From: Gammaproteobacteria bacterium
GTDB taxonomy: Bacteria; Pseudomonadota; Gammaproteobacteria; Arenicellales; JAANXG01
Assembly: GCA_024639325.1 (NCBI GenBank)
Contig: JAHEIO010000001.1
Location: 54,404-118,403, forward strand
DNA: 64,000 bases
Direction: 5' to 3'
Shown here in pieces: positions 30,548 to 39,646 of this stretch. Made by a program: the position numbers and the translations under genes. The notes under the pieces are model-generated. The model searched no databases, had not been told where the DNA came from, and saw only the letters and a list, made by a program, of their open reading frames with translations. The stretch's first letter is position 1. Each line of letters starts with the position of its first letter.

Positions 30548-31642
30548 ATGACGGCAGGCCCGCAGCTGGCAATCATCGTGCCCACGTTCAATGAGGCGGC
30601 CAACGTCGGGGTTTTGGTCGAGCGGTTGCATGCTGCGCTCGGCAATACGCGATGGGAGGTGGTGTTCGTCGACGACGATTCCCCGGACGGCACCGCGGCG
30701 GAGGTACGCAGACTGGCCCGGCAGAATCCCGCTGTGCGCTGCGTGCAGCGGATTAGGCGCCGAGGGCTGGCCTCCGCCTGCATCGAAGGCATGTTATCCA
30801 CCAGCGCGCCCTACATTGCGGTCATGGACGCGGATCTGCAGCACGACCCATCACTGTTGCCCGCCATGCTGAGTCTGCTCGAAAACGAAAACCTGGACGT
30901 GGTGATCGGGAGCCGGTACGCCGAGGGCGGGGATGCCAGCAGCTTTGCCACCGATCGCGCGGCAAAATCAGCACTCGCCACCCGCCTGAGCCGAAGGCTG
31001 GTGCCGGCGGATCTCAAGGATCCCATGAGCGGTTTCTTCATGATGACCCGGGATGCCCTCGAGGGCGCCGTGCGCCACCTCTCGGGCACCGGCTTCAAGA
31101 TTCTGCTGGATCTGTTCGCGTCCTCGCCGCGACCTTTGGTGTTCAGAGAACTTCCCTATAACTTCGGCAAGCGCTATGCGGGCGAGAGCAAGCTGGACAA
31201 TCGGGCGCTGTGGGACTACGGCATGCTGCTGCTGGACAAGCTCGTCGGGCGTTTCGTGCCGGTGCGGTTCGTGGCCTTCATCATGGTCGGGGGGTTGGGC
31301 ATCTTCGTACACATGGCGATATTGGCGGCGCTGCACGAGGGCCTGGGGCAGAGTTTTGTGGCGAGCCAGGCGTGGGCAACCCTGGTGGCCATGACTGCGA
31401 ATTTCATGCTCAACAACATCGTCACCTATCGCGATCTCGCGCTCAAAGGCTGGGCATGGGTGCGCGGCTGGTTTTCGTTCGTACTGGCCTGCAGTGTGGG
31501 CGCGGTGGCCAACGTCGGCGTGGCGACCTGGCTTTTCTCACAGGAATCCGACTGGTTCTTGGCGGGTTTCGCCGGGATACTCGTCGGCGCGGTCTGGAAC
31601 TATGCCGTGACTCGAACCTACACATGGCACGCGAATGGCTAA
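30548..31642 (+). CDS. GT2 polyprenol-phosphate glycosyltransferase fused to a GtrA-like membrane domain
   Basis: The GT-A signature is present (LAIIVPTFNE, VFVDDDSPDGT, VMDADLQHD), plus four C-terminal TM helices of GtrA type. The start is ATG 30548. Confidence 0.8.
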   Translation: MTAGPQLAIIVPTFNEAANVGVLVERLHAALGNTRWEVVFVDDDSPDGTAAEVRRLARQNPAVRCVQRIRRRGLASACIEGMLSTSAPYIAVMDADLQHDPSLLPAMLSLLENENLDVVIGSRYAEGGDASSFATDRAAKSALATRLSRRLVPADLKDPMSGFFMMTRDALEGAVRHLSGTGFKILLDLFASSPRPLVFRELPYNFGKRYAGESKLDNRALWDYGMLLLDKLVGRFVPVRFVAFIMVGGLGIFVHMAILAALHEGLGQSFVASQAWATLVAMTANFMLNNIVTYRDLALKGWAWVRGWFSFVLACSVGAVANVGVATWLFSQESDWFLAGFAGILVGAVWNYAVTRTYTWHANG

Positions 31643-33164
31643 TCCGCTGGCGAAACCCGCCTGGTCCGCCTGGATCTTCTGTGTCTTGGTGAAGCTGGCC
31701 GTTTTTGCCCTAGCCGGAAGGCAGTACGGCTACCTTGCCGACGAACTCTATTTTCTGGATGCGTCGGAGCGGCTGGCGGCGGGTTATGTGGACTTTCCCC
31801 CGGCGATAGCCTGGATCATTGCCGGGGTAACGGGCCTCTTCGGCAAGGATCTCCTGGTGCTGCGCACTCTAGCCTGCCTGGTCGGCATCGGGGTGACGCT
31901 CGTCGCCGTCGACGTGGCGCGTTTGCTGGGCGCGCGGGGTGCGGCTCAATGGATCACGGGCATCGTGGTGCTGTTCGCACCGGCTTTTTTGTCGGTGCAG
32001 TCGATACTCACCATGAACGTCTTTGATCAGATGTGGTGGGTTGCCGGCTTCTGGTTTGCGATCCGTTACCTCGAAGAGCGGCGTCCCGCTCACATGCTCG
32101 CGCTCGGGGTCGTATTCGGATGCGCCCTTCTGACCAAGTTATCGATCCTGGCCTGGTTCGCAGCGCTCGCCGCCGGTGCGCTGATATACGCCCGATGGGT
32201 GTTCGCCCGCCGGGAGACGTGGGCGGCCGCCGGCATCGCGCTGGTCTTCGCATCGCCGTTCGTTTACTGGCAAATCGCCGAAAACTGGCTGTTCCTCGAA
32301 TTCGTCCGGGCCTACAACGATCGTCCCCCGGAAGCTCTGGTAGTCGCGCAGCCGGTGTTCGGCCTGTTCGCCACCATGAATCCCCTGTTCGTGATCATCT
32401 GGCTGCCCGGTCTGGTATATGGGTTGATTGCGAAAAGCGCAACCGTCCGCACGTTCGGCACCGCGTCGGCGATCTGTCTGGTACTTTTTCTCGCAGCGGG
32501 GGTGAAGTTTTATTTCGCGACCCCTTTATTCGTGTTGTTCACCGCCCAGGGATCGCTACTCTGGGAACGATGGCTGGAGGGCCGGCGACGGATCCGCGCC
32601 GCGCTGATTGCCGCACTCGCCGTATCCGGGGTCATGGCCGTTCCGATCGCCGCGCCGGTGCTGCCGCCGGACGCCTTGCAGCGATTGGCCGACTTTATCC
32701 GGGACGGCGAGCAGGGGCATCGCGGCGAAGAGCCGGCGGCGGTTGGCAGATACTTCCCGCATTTCGCGGAGATGCACGGCTGGCCAGAACTGGTCGCCGA
32801 GGTTTATCGCCACTACGCGGAAATCGCGCCGGACGAGCGCTCGCGTGTGCAGATCGTTGCGGCCTATTTCGGCCAGGCCGGCGCATTGAATCAGTTGGAC
32901 GATGGAGATCGTCTTCCAACGGCTCATTCGGGCCATAACAACTATCACCTCTGGTCGCGTGAGGCCGAGTTCGGGGACGTGCTGTTCGTCGGTTTCCAAC
33001 AGGAGGAAATCACCCCGTTGTACGAAGACGTCCGCGTTCTGGGTCGTTTTCACTGTCGTCGGTGCATGGCGAGGGAAAACGGTATTTACCTGCTGCGCGC
33101 CAGATCGCCGGTGGTGGATTCCGACAAAGTACGTGAACAGATCAAGCGTTTTTACTTTTTCTGA
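31635..33164 (+). CDS. GT-C (ArnT/PMT, family 39-like) membrane glycosyltransferase
   Basis: 509 aa polytopic protein. An early DE motif (YLADELYFLD) in the first loop resembles ArnT/PMT enzymes. The gene overlaps the GT2 gene by 8 nt. Confidence 0.7.
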   Translation: MANPLAKPAWSAWIFCVLVKLAVFALAGRQYGYLADELYFLDASERLAAGYVDFPPAIAWIIAGVTGLFGKDLLVLRTLACLVGIGVTLVAVDVARLLGARGAAQWITGIVVLFAPAFLSVQSILTMNVFDQMWWVAGFWFAIRYLEERRPAHMLALGVVFGCALLTKLSILAWFAALAAGALIYARWVFARRETWAAAGIALVFASPFVYWQIAENWLFLEFVRAYNDRPPEALVVAQPVFGLFATMNPLFVIIWLPGLVYGLIAKSATVRTFGTASAICLVLFLAAGVKFYFATPLFVLFTAQGSLLWERWLEGRRRIRAALIAALAVSGVMAVPIAAPVLPPDALQRLADFIRDGEQGHRGEEPAAVGRYFPHFAEMHGWPELVAEVYRHYAEIAPDERSRVQIVAAYFGQAGALNQLDDGDRLPTAHSGHNNYHLWSREAEFGDVLFVGFQQEEITPLYEDVRVLGRFHCRRCMARENGIYLLRARSPVVDSDKVREQIKRFYFF

Positions 33165-33196
33165 GTCGGCGGGTTCCGTGTGATATTGTGCGCCCC

Positions 33197-34360
33197 ATGA
33201 GCACACCGGATCTGATACTGGTAGGGGGAGGCCTGGCCAATACCCTGATCGCCTTGCGGCTTGTCGATACGCAGCCGTCGCTGAAGGTGGTGCTGTTCGA
33301 GCAGGAGTCGCGCATCGGTGGCAATCACACCTGGTCTTTTCACGGTGCGGACGTCCCGGATGGCAGTCGCGGCTGGCTCTTGCCTCTTGCCGAGCAAAAT
33401 TGGGATACCTATGCGGTACGCTTTCCGCACTACCAGCGCACCCTGCCCGGATCCTATCACAGCATCTCCTCTGCCCGGCTGGCAAGTGTCGCGGATGAAC
33501 GACTCGGCGACCGTGTTCGCACCGGGGTCGGGGTAAAGGGTGTGCAGCCCGACAGCGTCGTTCTGGAAGACGGCAGCCGGCTCGACGCCCGGTCCGTAAT
33601 CGACGGGCGCGGCCCGTCGCCCAGCCCGCATCTCGACATACGTTTTCAGAAATTCGTCGGCTGGGTCGTGGAACTCGAAAACCAGCACACCCTGCAGGGA
33701 CCAATCATCATGGACGCGGACATCCGCCAGGACGACGGATACCGCTTCTTCTATACACTGCCGTTCACTCCCCGTATTCTGTTGATCGAGGATACGCGCT
33801 TCAGCGACGGACCGGACATTTCGAATGATGAATACGGCGCTGAGATAGCGCGCTATGCCGACGGCAAGGGTTGGCGCATTGCGCGACGGTTGCGAGTCGA
33901 AGAAGGCGTACTGCCTATTACGCTTGGAGGCGACATCGAAGCCTTCTGGGACGATGCGGACGCGCCGGTGGCCCGCTCCGGGCTCCGCGCGGCGCTGTTC
34001 CATCCGGCCACCGGCTACTCGCTTCCAAACGCGGTGAGGCTCGCCGATCAGCTTGCGCTTCAGCGCGACTGGTCCGCCGGGGCCGTCTTCGAGCGAACGC
34101 GAAAACAGAGCGTCGCGCTGTGGCAGCAGACGGGTTTCTACCGGGCGCTGAACCGCATGCTGTTTCTGGCGGCCGAACCGGATCAACGCTGGCGCATTCT
34201 GGAACGGTTTTACGGGCTCGACGCGGGGTTGATTGCACGCTTCTATGCCGGCGGCAGCACGATCATCGACAAACTGCGCATACTGACCGGCAAACCCCCG
34301 GTCGAATTGAGGCGTGCTATCGATAGCGTTTTCCGCTACCGGCCGCCTGCCGTTACATGA
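33197..34360 (+). CDS. crtY: lycopene beta-cyclase
   Basis: DLILVGGGLANTLIALRL is a CrtY-type FAD motif. The length and the position ahead of crtI-crtB fit CrtY. An alternative GTG start lies at 33188. Confidence 0.8.
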   Translation: MSTPDLILVGGGLANTLIALRLVDTQPSLKVVLFEQESRIGGNHTWSFHGADVPDGSRGWLLPLAEQNWDTYAVRFPHYQRTLPGSYHSISSARLASVADERLGDRVRTGVGVKGVQPDSVVLEDGSRLDARSVIDGRGPSPSPHLDIRFQKFVGWVVELENQHTLQGPIIMDADIRQDDGYRFFYTLPFTPRILLIEDTRFSDGPDISNDEYGAEIARYADGKGWRIARRLRVEEGVLPITLGGDIEAFWDDADAPVARSGLRAALFHPATGYSLPNAVRLADQLALQRDWSAGAVFERTRKQSVALWQQTGFYRALNRMLFLAAEPDQRWRILERFYGLDAGLIARFYAGGSTIIDKLRILTGKPPVELRRAIDSVFRYRPPAVT

Positions 34361-35865
34361 CGCCGGCTTCCTCCCACGACCGCCCACGCGCGGTTGTCAT
34401 CGGCAGCGGATTTGGCGGGCTCGCGCTCGCCATACGCCTGCAGGCCGCCGGCGCGGCCGTGATCGTTGTGGAGGCCCGGGACAAACCGGGGGGACGCGCC
34501 TATGTCTACGAGCAGGACGGTTTCCGCTTCGACGCCGGTCCGACGGTATTGACCGCGCCCACGGTGATCGACGAACTGTTTAAAATCGCCAACCGGGATC
34601 GTGCCGACTACGTCGAGTTGACGGAACTGACGCCCCTTTACCGGCTGCTGTGGCAGGACGGCACCAGTTTCGACTATAGCGGGGACGAGGCCACCCTGGA
34701 AAAGGCGATCGCACACCTGAGCCCGAACGACGTCGAGGGCTACCGGCGCTTTCGCAAATACTCCCGGGCCGTGTTCGCCGAGGGCTATGAGCGGCTTGCG
34801 CATGTCCCCTTTTTGGATATTTGGAGTATGGTGCGCGCGGCTCCGAAACTCGTCAGACTGCAGAGCTATCGCTCCGTCTACGGCATGGTTGCCAAATTCA
34901 TCGAAAACGACAAGCTGCGCCAGGCATTCAGCTACCACACCCTGCTGGTCGGCGGCAATCCGTTTTCGACATCCGCGATCTATGCCCTGATCCATGCGCT
35001 CGAACTGAAATGGGGTGTGCACTTTCCAAAGGGCGGCACCGGCGCGCTCGTTGCCGCGCTGGTAAAACTGTTCCGGGACCTCGGCGGCGACATCAGGTTG
35101 AACGCTCCAGTCGACCAGGTGCTGCTCGAAAGCGACAGGGTTGGGGGCGTGCAACTGCGCGATGGAGAAAAAATCCCGGCCGCGTTTGTCGCCAGCAATG
35201 CCGACGTAATCCACACTTATGCATCTCTTTTGCGCGACGCGCCGACCGCGCGTGCTGCGGCCCGAAAACTGGAAAAAAGCGATCACTCCATGTCGCTGTT
35301 CCTGATTTATTTTGGCGTCAAGGGTGGTTATCCTGATCTTGCCCACCACACCATCCTTTTCGGCCCTCGTTACAAGGACCTGCTCGACGATATCTTCAAT
35401 CGTGGCGTACTGGCCGACGACTTTTCGCTGTATCTCCATTCTCCGTCGGTCACGGATCCGAGCCTCGCACCTCCGGGCCATTCCACGCACTACGTTCTCG
35501 CGCCGGTGCCCCATCTGGGGATCAGCAACGTGGATTGGGGTGCCGCCGGGCCGCGGCTGGCGGAACGCATCCTGGCGGCACTCGAACAGCGCTGCATGCC
35601 CGGGCTGCGAGAGAAACTCGTCACTATTCGGACGTTTGCGCCGCCGGATTTCGAATCCGAACTGAACGCCTGGCAAGGTTCCGCATTTTCGCTGCAGCCT
35701 ACGCTGTTGCAGAGCGCATGGTTCAGAGTGCACAACAGGGACGATCGCATACGGGGCCTGTATTTCGTCGGCGCCGGTACCCATCCTGGGGCCGGCATCC
35801 CGGGGGTCGTGAACTCGGCACGCGCCACGGCGGGACTGATGCTGGCGGATATGGCTATCGAATGA
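34357..35865 (+). CDS. crtI: phytoene desaturase
   Basis: 502 aa. It has VVIGSGFGGLALAIRL and the C-terminal GAGTHPGAGIPGV carotenoid-desaturase signature. It overlaps crtY by ATGA. Confidence 0.9.
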   Translation: MTPASSHDRPRAVVIGSGFGGLALAIRLQAAGAAVIVVEARDKPGGRAYVYEQDGFRFDAGPTVLTAPTVIDELFKIANRDRADYVELTELTPLYRLLWQDGTSFDYSGDEATLEKAIAHLSPNDVEGYRRFRKYSRAVFAEGYERLAHVPFLDIWSMVRAAPKLVRLQSYRSVYGMVAKFIENDKLRQAFSYHTLLVGGNPFSTSAIYALIHALELKWGVHFPKGGTGALVAALVKLFRDLGGDIRLNAPVDQVLLESDRVGGVQLRDGEKIPAAFVASNADVIHTYASLLRDAPTARAAARKLEKSDHSMSLFLIYFGVKGGYPDLAHHTILFGPRYKDLLDDIFNRGVLADDFSLYLHSPSVTDPSLAPPGHSTHYVLAPVPHLGISNVDWGAAGPRLAERILAALEQRCMPGLREKLVTIRTFAPPDFESELNAWQGSAFSLQPTLLQSAWFRVHNRDDRIRGLYFVGAGTHPGAGIPGVVNSARATAGLMLADMAIE

Positions 35866-36815
35866 ACACGATAGCGGTGCAAGAACTTGCGGGGGCGAGC
35901 CGCCGGATCATCCACCAGGGTTCTAAAAGCTTTGCCGCTGCCGCGCGCATGTTCGACAGGGAGACGCGGGACAATGCCTATATGCTGTATGCGTGGTGCC
36001 GATACTGCGACGATCAAATCGACAACCAGGAGCTCGGCTTCGGTGCCAAACCACAGTCGGAGGAATCTACACGGATGATGTTGTCCGCTCTCATCGAGAA
36101 GACGGAAGCGGCCATTGATGAGCAACCGTCGGACGAGCCCGTTTTCGAGGCGTTGCGTTACGTGCTGAGGCGTAACGAGATACCCGGGCGCTATCCCCTG
36201 GAATTACTGGAGGGCTTTGCCATGGACGCCCGCGGCGCCGAATATCCGACCCTCGAAGACACCCTGCAGTACTGTTATTACGTCGCCGGCGTAGTCGGTG
36301 TCATGATGGCGTATATCATGGGTGTACGTAAGCCAGAGCTGCTTCAGCGCGCCGTCGATCTCGGTATTGCTTTCCAGCTCACCAATATTGCACGCGACGT
36401 CGGCGAGGACGCCGAGTTGGGCCGAATCTATCTGCCCGGCGACTGGCTTACCGGAGCCGGCATACCAAGCGGCGAGATCATGGCGCCGCGCCATGCCTCT
36501 TCGCTGAGCGCGGTGGTCGACCGCCTGCTGAACGAGGCGGAGCGATACTACGACTCCGCAAACGAGGGCCTGCGCGCACTCGACTTTCGCTCGGCATGGG
36601 CCGTTGCCGCCGCCCGCGCCGTCTACCGCGAAATCGGGCAAGTCGTGCGTGAGCGCGGTGAAGATGCCTGGCGGGAACGGGTCGTCGTCAGCAAACCGCG
36701 CAAGTTGCTGGGTCTGGCAAACGGCATGCTGGCCGCTTTGCGGTCCTCTTTGTTCGACCGTTACACCGACGCCGAGCGGCGCGACGAGAGCCTGTGGAGT
36801 CCGGTCCTTGAATAG
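35862..36815 (+). CDS. crtB: phytoene synthase
   Basis: 317 aa from ATG 35862, which overlaps the crtI stop (ATGA). It carries YAWCRYCDDQID and NIARDVGEDAELGRIYLP, the squalene/phytoene synthase signatures. Confidence 0.9.
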   Translation: MNTIAVQELAGASRRIIHQGSKSFAAAARMFDRETRDNAYMLYAWCRYCDDQIDNQELGFGAKPQSEESTRMMLSALIEKTEAAIDEQPSDEPVFEALRYVLRRNEIPGRYPLELLEGFAMDARGAEYPTLEDTLQYCYYVAGVVGVMMAYIMGVRKPELLQRAVDLGIAFQLTNIARDVGEDAELGRIYLPGDWLTGAGIPSGEIMAPRHASSLSAVVDRLLNEAERYYDSANEGLRALDFRSAWAVAAARAVYREIGQVVRERGEDAWRERVVVSKPRKLLGLANGMLAALRSSLFDRYTDAERRDESLWSPVLE

Positions 36816-36845
36816 ACGCAGCAGTGCAGAAAGTCTCCGCTCTAA

Positions 36846-37140
36846 CCCGCATATGTCACCAGGCGGCTTTGACTTCTTGCTAAGGACTTACTAACGCTAG
36901 GTTGTTTAGTTTTGACCGAAAAACAGTCTGTATCGACAACGCCTATCCCGGCGCTGGCTGGTCCAGGCCCCGCTGCACTTGGGCTTCATTCGATCCATAG
37001 CACCGGCCATGCATCTCACCGGTTCGACGCATCCTAAGCGCCTCACCCCTTCGGGGCTACCGCGAAAAATCGCTCCCGGCGATTTTTTCAGCCCGGCGTT
37101 CATCGACCCCTGTCCTGCGCCCTCGCGCCGATCAGGAAAC
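36846..37140. repeat. dispersed intergenic repeat, copy 2 (core 36846-37021, ~68-nt insertion, tail 37090-37140)
   Basis: It aligns with copy 1 at 22213-22441. It occupies most of the crtB/crtZ convergent spacer. Confidence 0.8.
37064..37089. terminator. palindrome with A-tract and T-tract (candidate bidirectional terminator)
   Basis: GAAAAATCGC-TCCCG-GCGATTTTTTC sits between convergent crtB and crtZ. The stem is mostly A-T, so the hairpin is weak. A CCCC-TTC-GGGG hairpin lies just upstream. Confidence 0.3.
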
Positions 37141-37156
37141 CTGCCGCTGGGCCGCT

Positions 37157-37663
37157 TCAGGGCTGGGAGGGCGTGCTCTCTCGAGGGGGCGTGCGGTGCT
37201 GCGGGCGTTTCCGTTCCGACAGCAGGACATCCACCGGCCGCGAATAAAGAAATCCGAACGATATGGCGCCCGCTTTGGTCCTCGTAGCGTGGTGGATCCA
37301 GTGCGCCCTGACGATACGTCCCATATAACCGCTTTTCGGCTTGTAACGCGTGCGTATACGGCGGTGTACGATCACGTCATGGAACACGAAGTATGCAAGC
37401 CCGTACAGCGCGATGCCGATACCTATCCAAAGCAGCCTGGGATTGCCGTTGGTGCCGAGGTAAATCATCGCAATGGATGGCAGCGCGAATATCGCGGCGA
37501 AGAGGTCGTTTTTCTCGAAGATGCCCTGCCTCGGGCTGTGGTGGGACTCGTGCCAGCACCACAGGAAGCCGTGCATGACGTATTTGTGGCTCAGAATGGC
37601 CACTCCTTCCATGGCGGCAAAGGCACCCGTGAGCAGCAGCAGATTGATAACGGAATCCGGCAT
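37157..37663 (-). CDS. crtZ: beta-carotene 3,3'-hydroxylase
   Basis: 168 aa. The histidine boxes HKYVMHG, HESHH, HDVIVHRR and HWIHH, and the FGFLY motif, are typical of CrtZ. Confidence 0.85.
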   Translation of the reverse strand: MPDSVINLLLLTGAFAAMEGVAILSHKYVMHGFLWCWHESHHSPRQGIFEKNDLFAAIFALPSIAMIYLGTNGNPRLLWIGIGIALYGLAYFVFHDVIVHRRIRTRYKPKSGYMGRIVRAHWIHHATRTKAGAISFGFLYSRPVDVLLSERKRPQHRTPPRESTPSQP

Positions 37664-37670
37664 AACGCTC

Positions 37671-38588
37671 TCAGTTCACTGTTTGCTGAGCCGGTGCCAT
37701 GCCGCCGATCAGACTGATTACCAGGTTTTCGAGCGGTTCCATTCCAGGTCCCAGGGGTTGCAGCGCCGCCATCGCCGCGGTAATCATGTTCCTGGCGTAG
37801 TCCGCGGCGCTGTCCTCGCCGAGCACGCCCACCAGCGTCGGCTTGTCTAAATCCTTGCGCACGTCCTTACCGGTTGTTCTGACCGATCCCTGCGCGTCCA
37901 GAAGGTCATCCAGGGTCTGATAGGCAAGGCCCAGCCGCGCGGCGAACTGACGGATAGGAATCATCTGGTCGCCTTCGAGTCCGGCTATGGTGGCGCCGGA
38001 TTCCGCGGCGGCAATGAACAACGAACTCGTCTTGAGTTCATGAATGCGCGACACGCAATCGGTATTGGTAGCCGAATCGTCTCCTTTCTGGAGCGCCGCC
38101 AGATCCAGATCCTGGCCGCCGATCAGACCGTTGACGCCAACCGCGCGCGCCAGGACCTGCACCAGCCGCATTCGACGTTCGGCGTCGACACCGGGGGCCT
38201 CGCTCATCACCCGATATCCGAGACTGAGAAGTTCCAGTGCGGCGAGAATGGAGGTAGCCTCGCCATAGCAGCGATGGCAGGCGGGCAGACTGCGGCGCAT
38301 TTTTGCATCGTCCATGCACGGAAGGTCATCGACGATCAACGATGCGGTATGGATCATTTCAATGGCGCAAGCGGGGTCCAGCGTCTGCTCCAGGGAACCG
38401 CCCAGACAATGGGACGACATCAGGCAGATCAATGGCCGTAACCGTTTGCCCGGCGCCAACAGCGAATAGCGGATGGCCTCCGTCAGCGCGTCATTGGAAC
38501 TTGCGTTGTCGATCAACTCGTCGAGGCGGTGGTTGACGCTGGCGCGAAACTCCCGCGAAAACAACTGAATGTCGGTTTTCGTGTTCAT
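37671..38588 (-). CDS. crtE: geranylgeranyl diphosphate synthase
   Basis: This is a polyprenyl synthase with first and second Asp-rich motifs (LIVDDLPCMDD, DDLLD). The start is ATG 38588 (track start 38618). It ends 7 nt upstream of crtZ. Confidence 0.8.
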   Translation of the reverse strand: MNTKTDIQLFSREFRASVNHRLDELIDNASSNDALTEAIRYSLLAPGKRLRPLICLMSSHCLGGSLEQTLDPACAIEMIHTASLIVDDLPCMDDAKMRRSLPACHRCYGEATSILAALELLSLGYRVMSEAPGVDAERRMRLVQVLARAVGVNGLIGGQDLDLAALQKGDDSATNTDCVSRIHELKTSSLFIAAAESGATIAGLEGDQMIPIRQFAARLGLAYQTLDDLLDAQGSVRTTGKDVRKDLDKPTLVGVLGEDSAADYARNMITAAMAALQPLGPGMEPLENLVISLIGGMAPAQQTVN

Positions 38589-38692
38589 TGCTTCGCCGCC
38601 CAACTTACCGGGCCACACACCAATATCACCGTGTCATACCCCGCGCCCCCAGGCAAGATTTGCCGGAATCCGTGCCGCGACGGGCTCCGTGT

Positions 38693-39484
38693 TCAGACGT
38701 TTTCACGGACATGTCGGTGCCGAAGAAAATCGTAGGCTTGCTCCATTTCATCCGTGCCCATCACCCGGTCCCAGAATCTGAAGTACAACGCGAAATTTTT
38801 CCGGAAGTTCTGGTGATGCAGATTATGGTGCGTCGCCGAGATCCAGTGGCGGCCAATAATTCCGCGAACCCAACTGTCGGGCAGAAGCTCGAAACCCGAG
38901 TGGTTGGTGACGCTAGTTACGCTCATGACCACCAGTAGAAAAATCAATGCGCCGATGTGGATGGGCACCAGGAAAACGAGCAGCGGCAAAACGAGCGCGC
39001 CCACCAGGGATTCCCAGGGATGGAAAGAAAATCCGGCCCACGGTGTAGGTTGCCTCGATTCGTGGTGCACTTTGTGCATCACGCGGAACAGCTTACGGTG
39101 GTGCATTATACGGTGCGTCCAGTAAAACCACGTGTCGTGCAGAAACATGTATATCGGGACGCTGAGCAGAAGGTACGCCACGCCATAGTCGGATACGTCG
39201 AAATAGATGAGCGTGTGGCCGTTGCGCCAGGCGTCGATGATGATCGCGCCGGCGAAAGCGTAAATAACCGAGGCAATCAGCGACCACCGAATTTCATGCC
39301 GGATAAGGCGTCCCGGGGGCTGGATATTGGTCAGCCGCCGCGCGTGCAGCGGATTACCGGGCCGTTTCCATAGGGCCCAGTAAAAAAACCCGGCGATGGC
39401 TAGATAGCGCAGAGTGATGAAGACGCTGAGCAAACCGGTCGTGAACAGAAGGCTTGCCATGCTGAAAGGGCTATACTCCGGCAT
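38693..39484 (-). CDS. fatty-acid-hydroxylase / sterol-desaturase superfamily di-iron membrane enzyme (possible carotenoid 2,2'-hydroxylase CrtG-like)
   Basis: 263 aa. It has the histidine boxes HDTWFYWTHRIMHH, HKVHHES and HHNLHH, and is co-oriented upstream of crtE-crtZ. The family call is solid; the substrate is inference. Confidence 0.65.
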   Translation of the reverse strand: MPEYSPFSMASLLFTTGLLSVFITLRYLAIAGFFYWALWKRPGNPLHARRLTNIQPPGRLIRHEIRWSLIASVIYAFAGAIIIDAWRNGHTLIYFDVSDYGVAYLLLSVPIYMFLHDTWFYWTHRIMHHRKLFRVMHKVHHESRQPTPWAGFSFHPWESLVGALVLPLLVFLVPIHIGALIFLLVVMSVTSVTNHSGFELLPDSWVRGIIGRHWISATHHNLHHQNFRKNFALYFRFWDRVMGTDEMEQAYDFLRHRHVRENV

Positions 39485-39646
39485 GCCCTGACAATACAGT
39501 TTTCAATGTCATATTGAAGAGCGTATCACATCGGCCTTAAGGTTCGCTGAAGACGCCTCACTTCGAAGTCCGAACTTTTTGCCGAGGCGCAATAAAGCGG
39601 CCTTCGTCGATCCGGCCCGGGATGACCTCCGGGGTGGGCCTTCGGA

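Noticed and set aside
32556-35784. Three very long minus-strand ORFs (382, 411 and 482 aa) lie opposite the GT-C, crtY and crtI genes.
   Set aside because: Their translations are Arg/Pro/Gly-rich low-complexity strings with no motifs. The plus-strand frames carry textbook CrtY and CrtI signatures. These are typical antisense open frames of high-GC DNA.
22213-37140. The two repeat copies might be the boundaries (att-like direct repeats) of a 14.6-kb genomic island next to tRNA-Gln.
   Set aside because: The interval contains core genes in conserved order (prs, rplY, pth, ychF, tRNA-Met, folD) and no integrase. The repeat does not include the tRNA 3' end.
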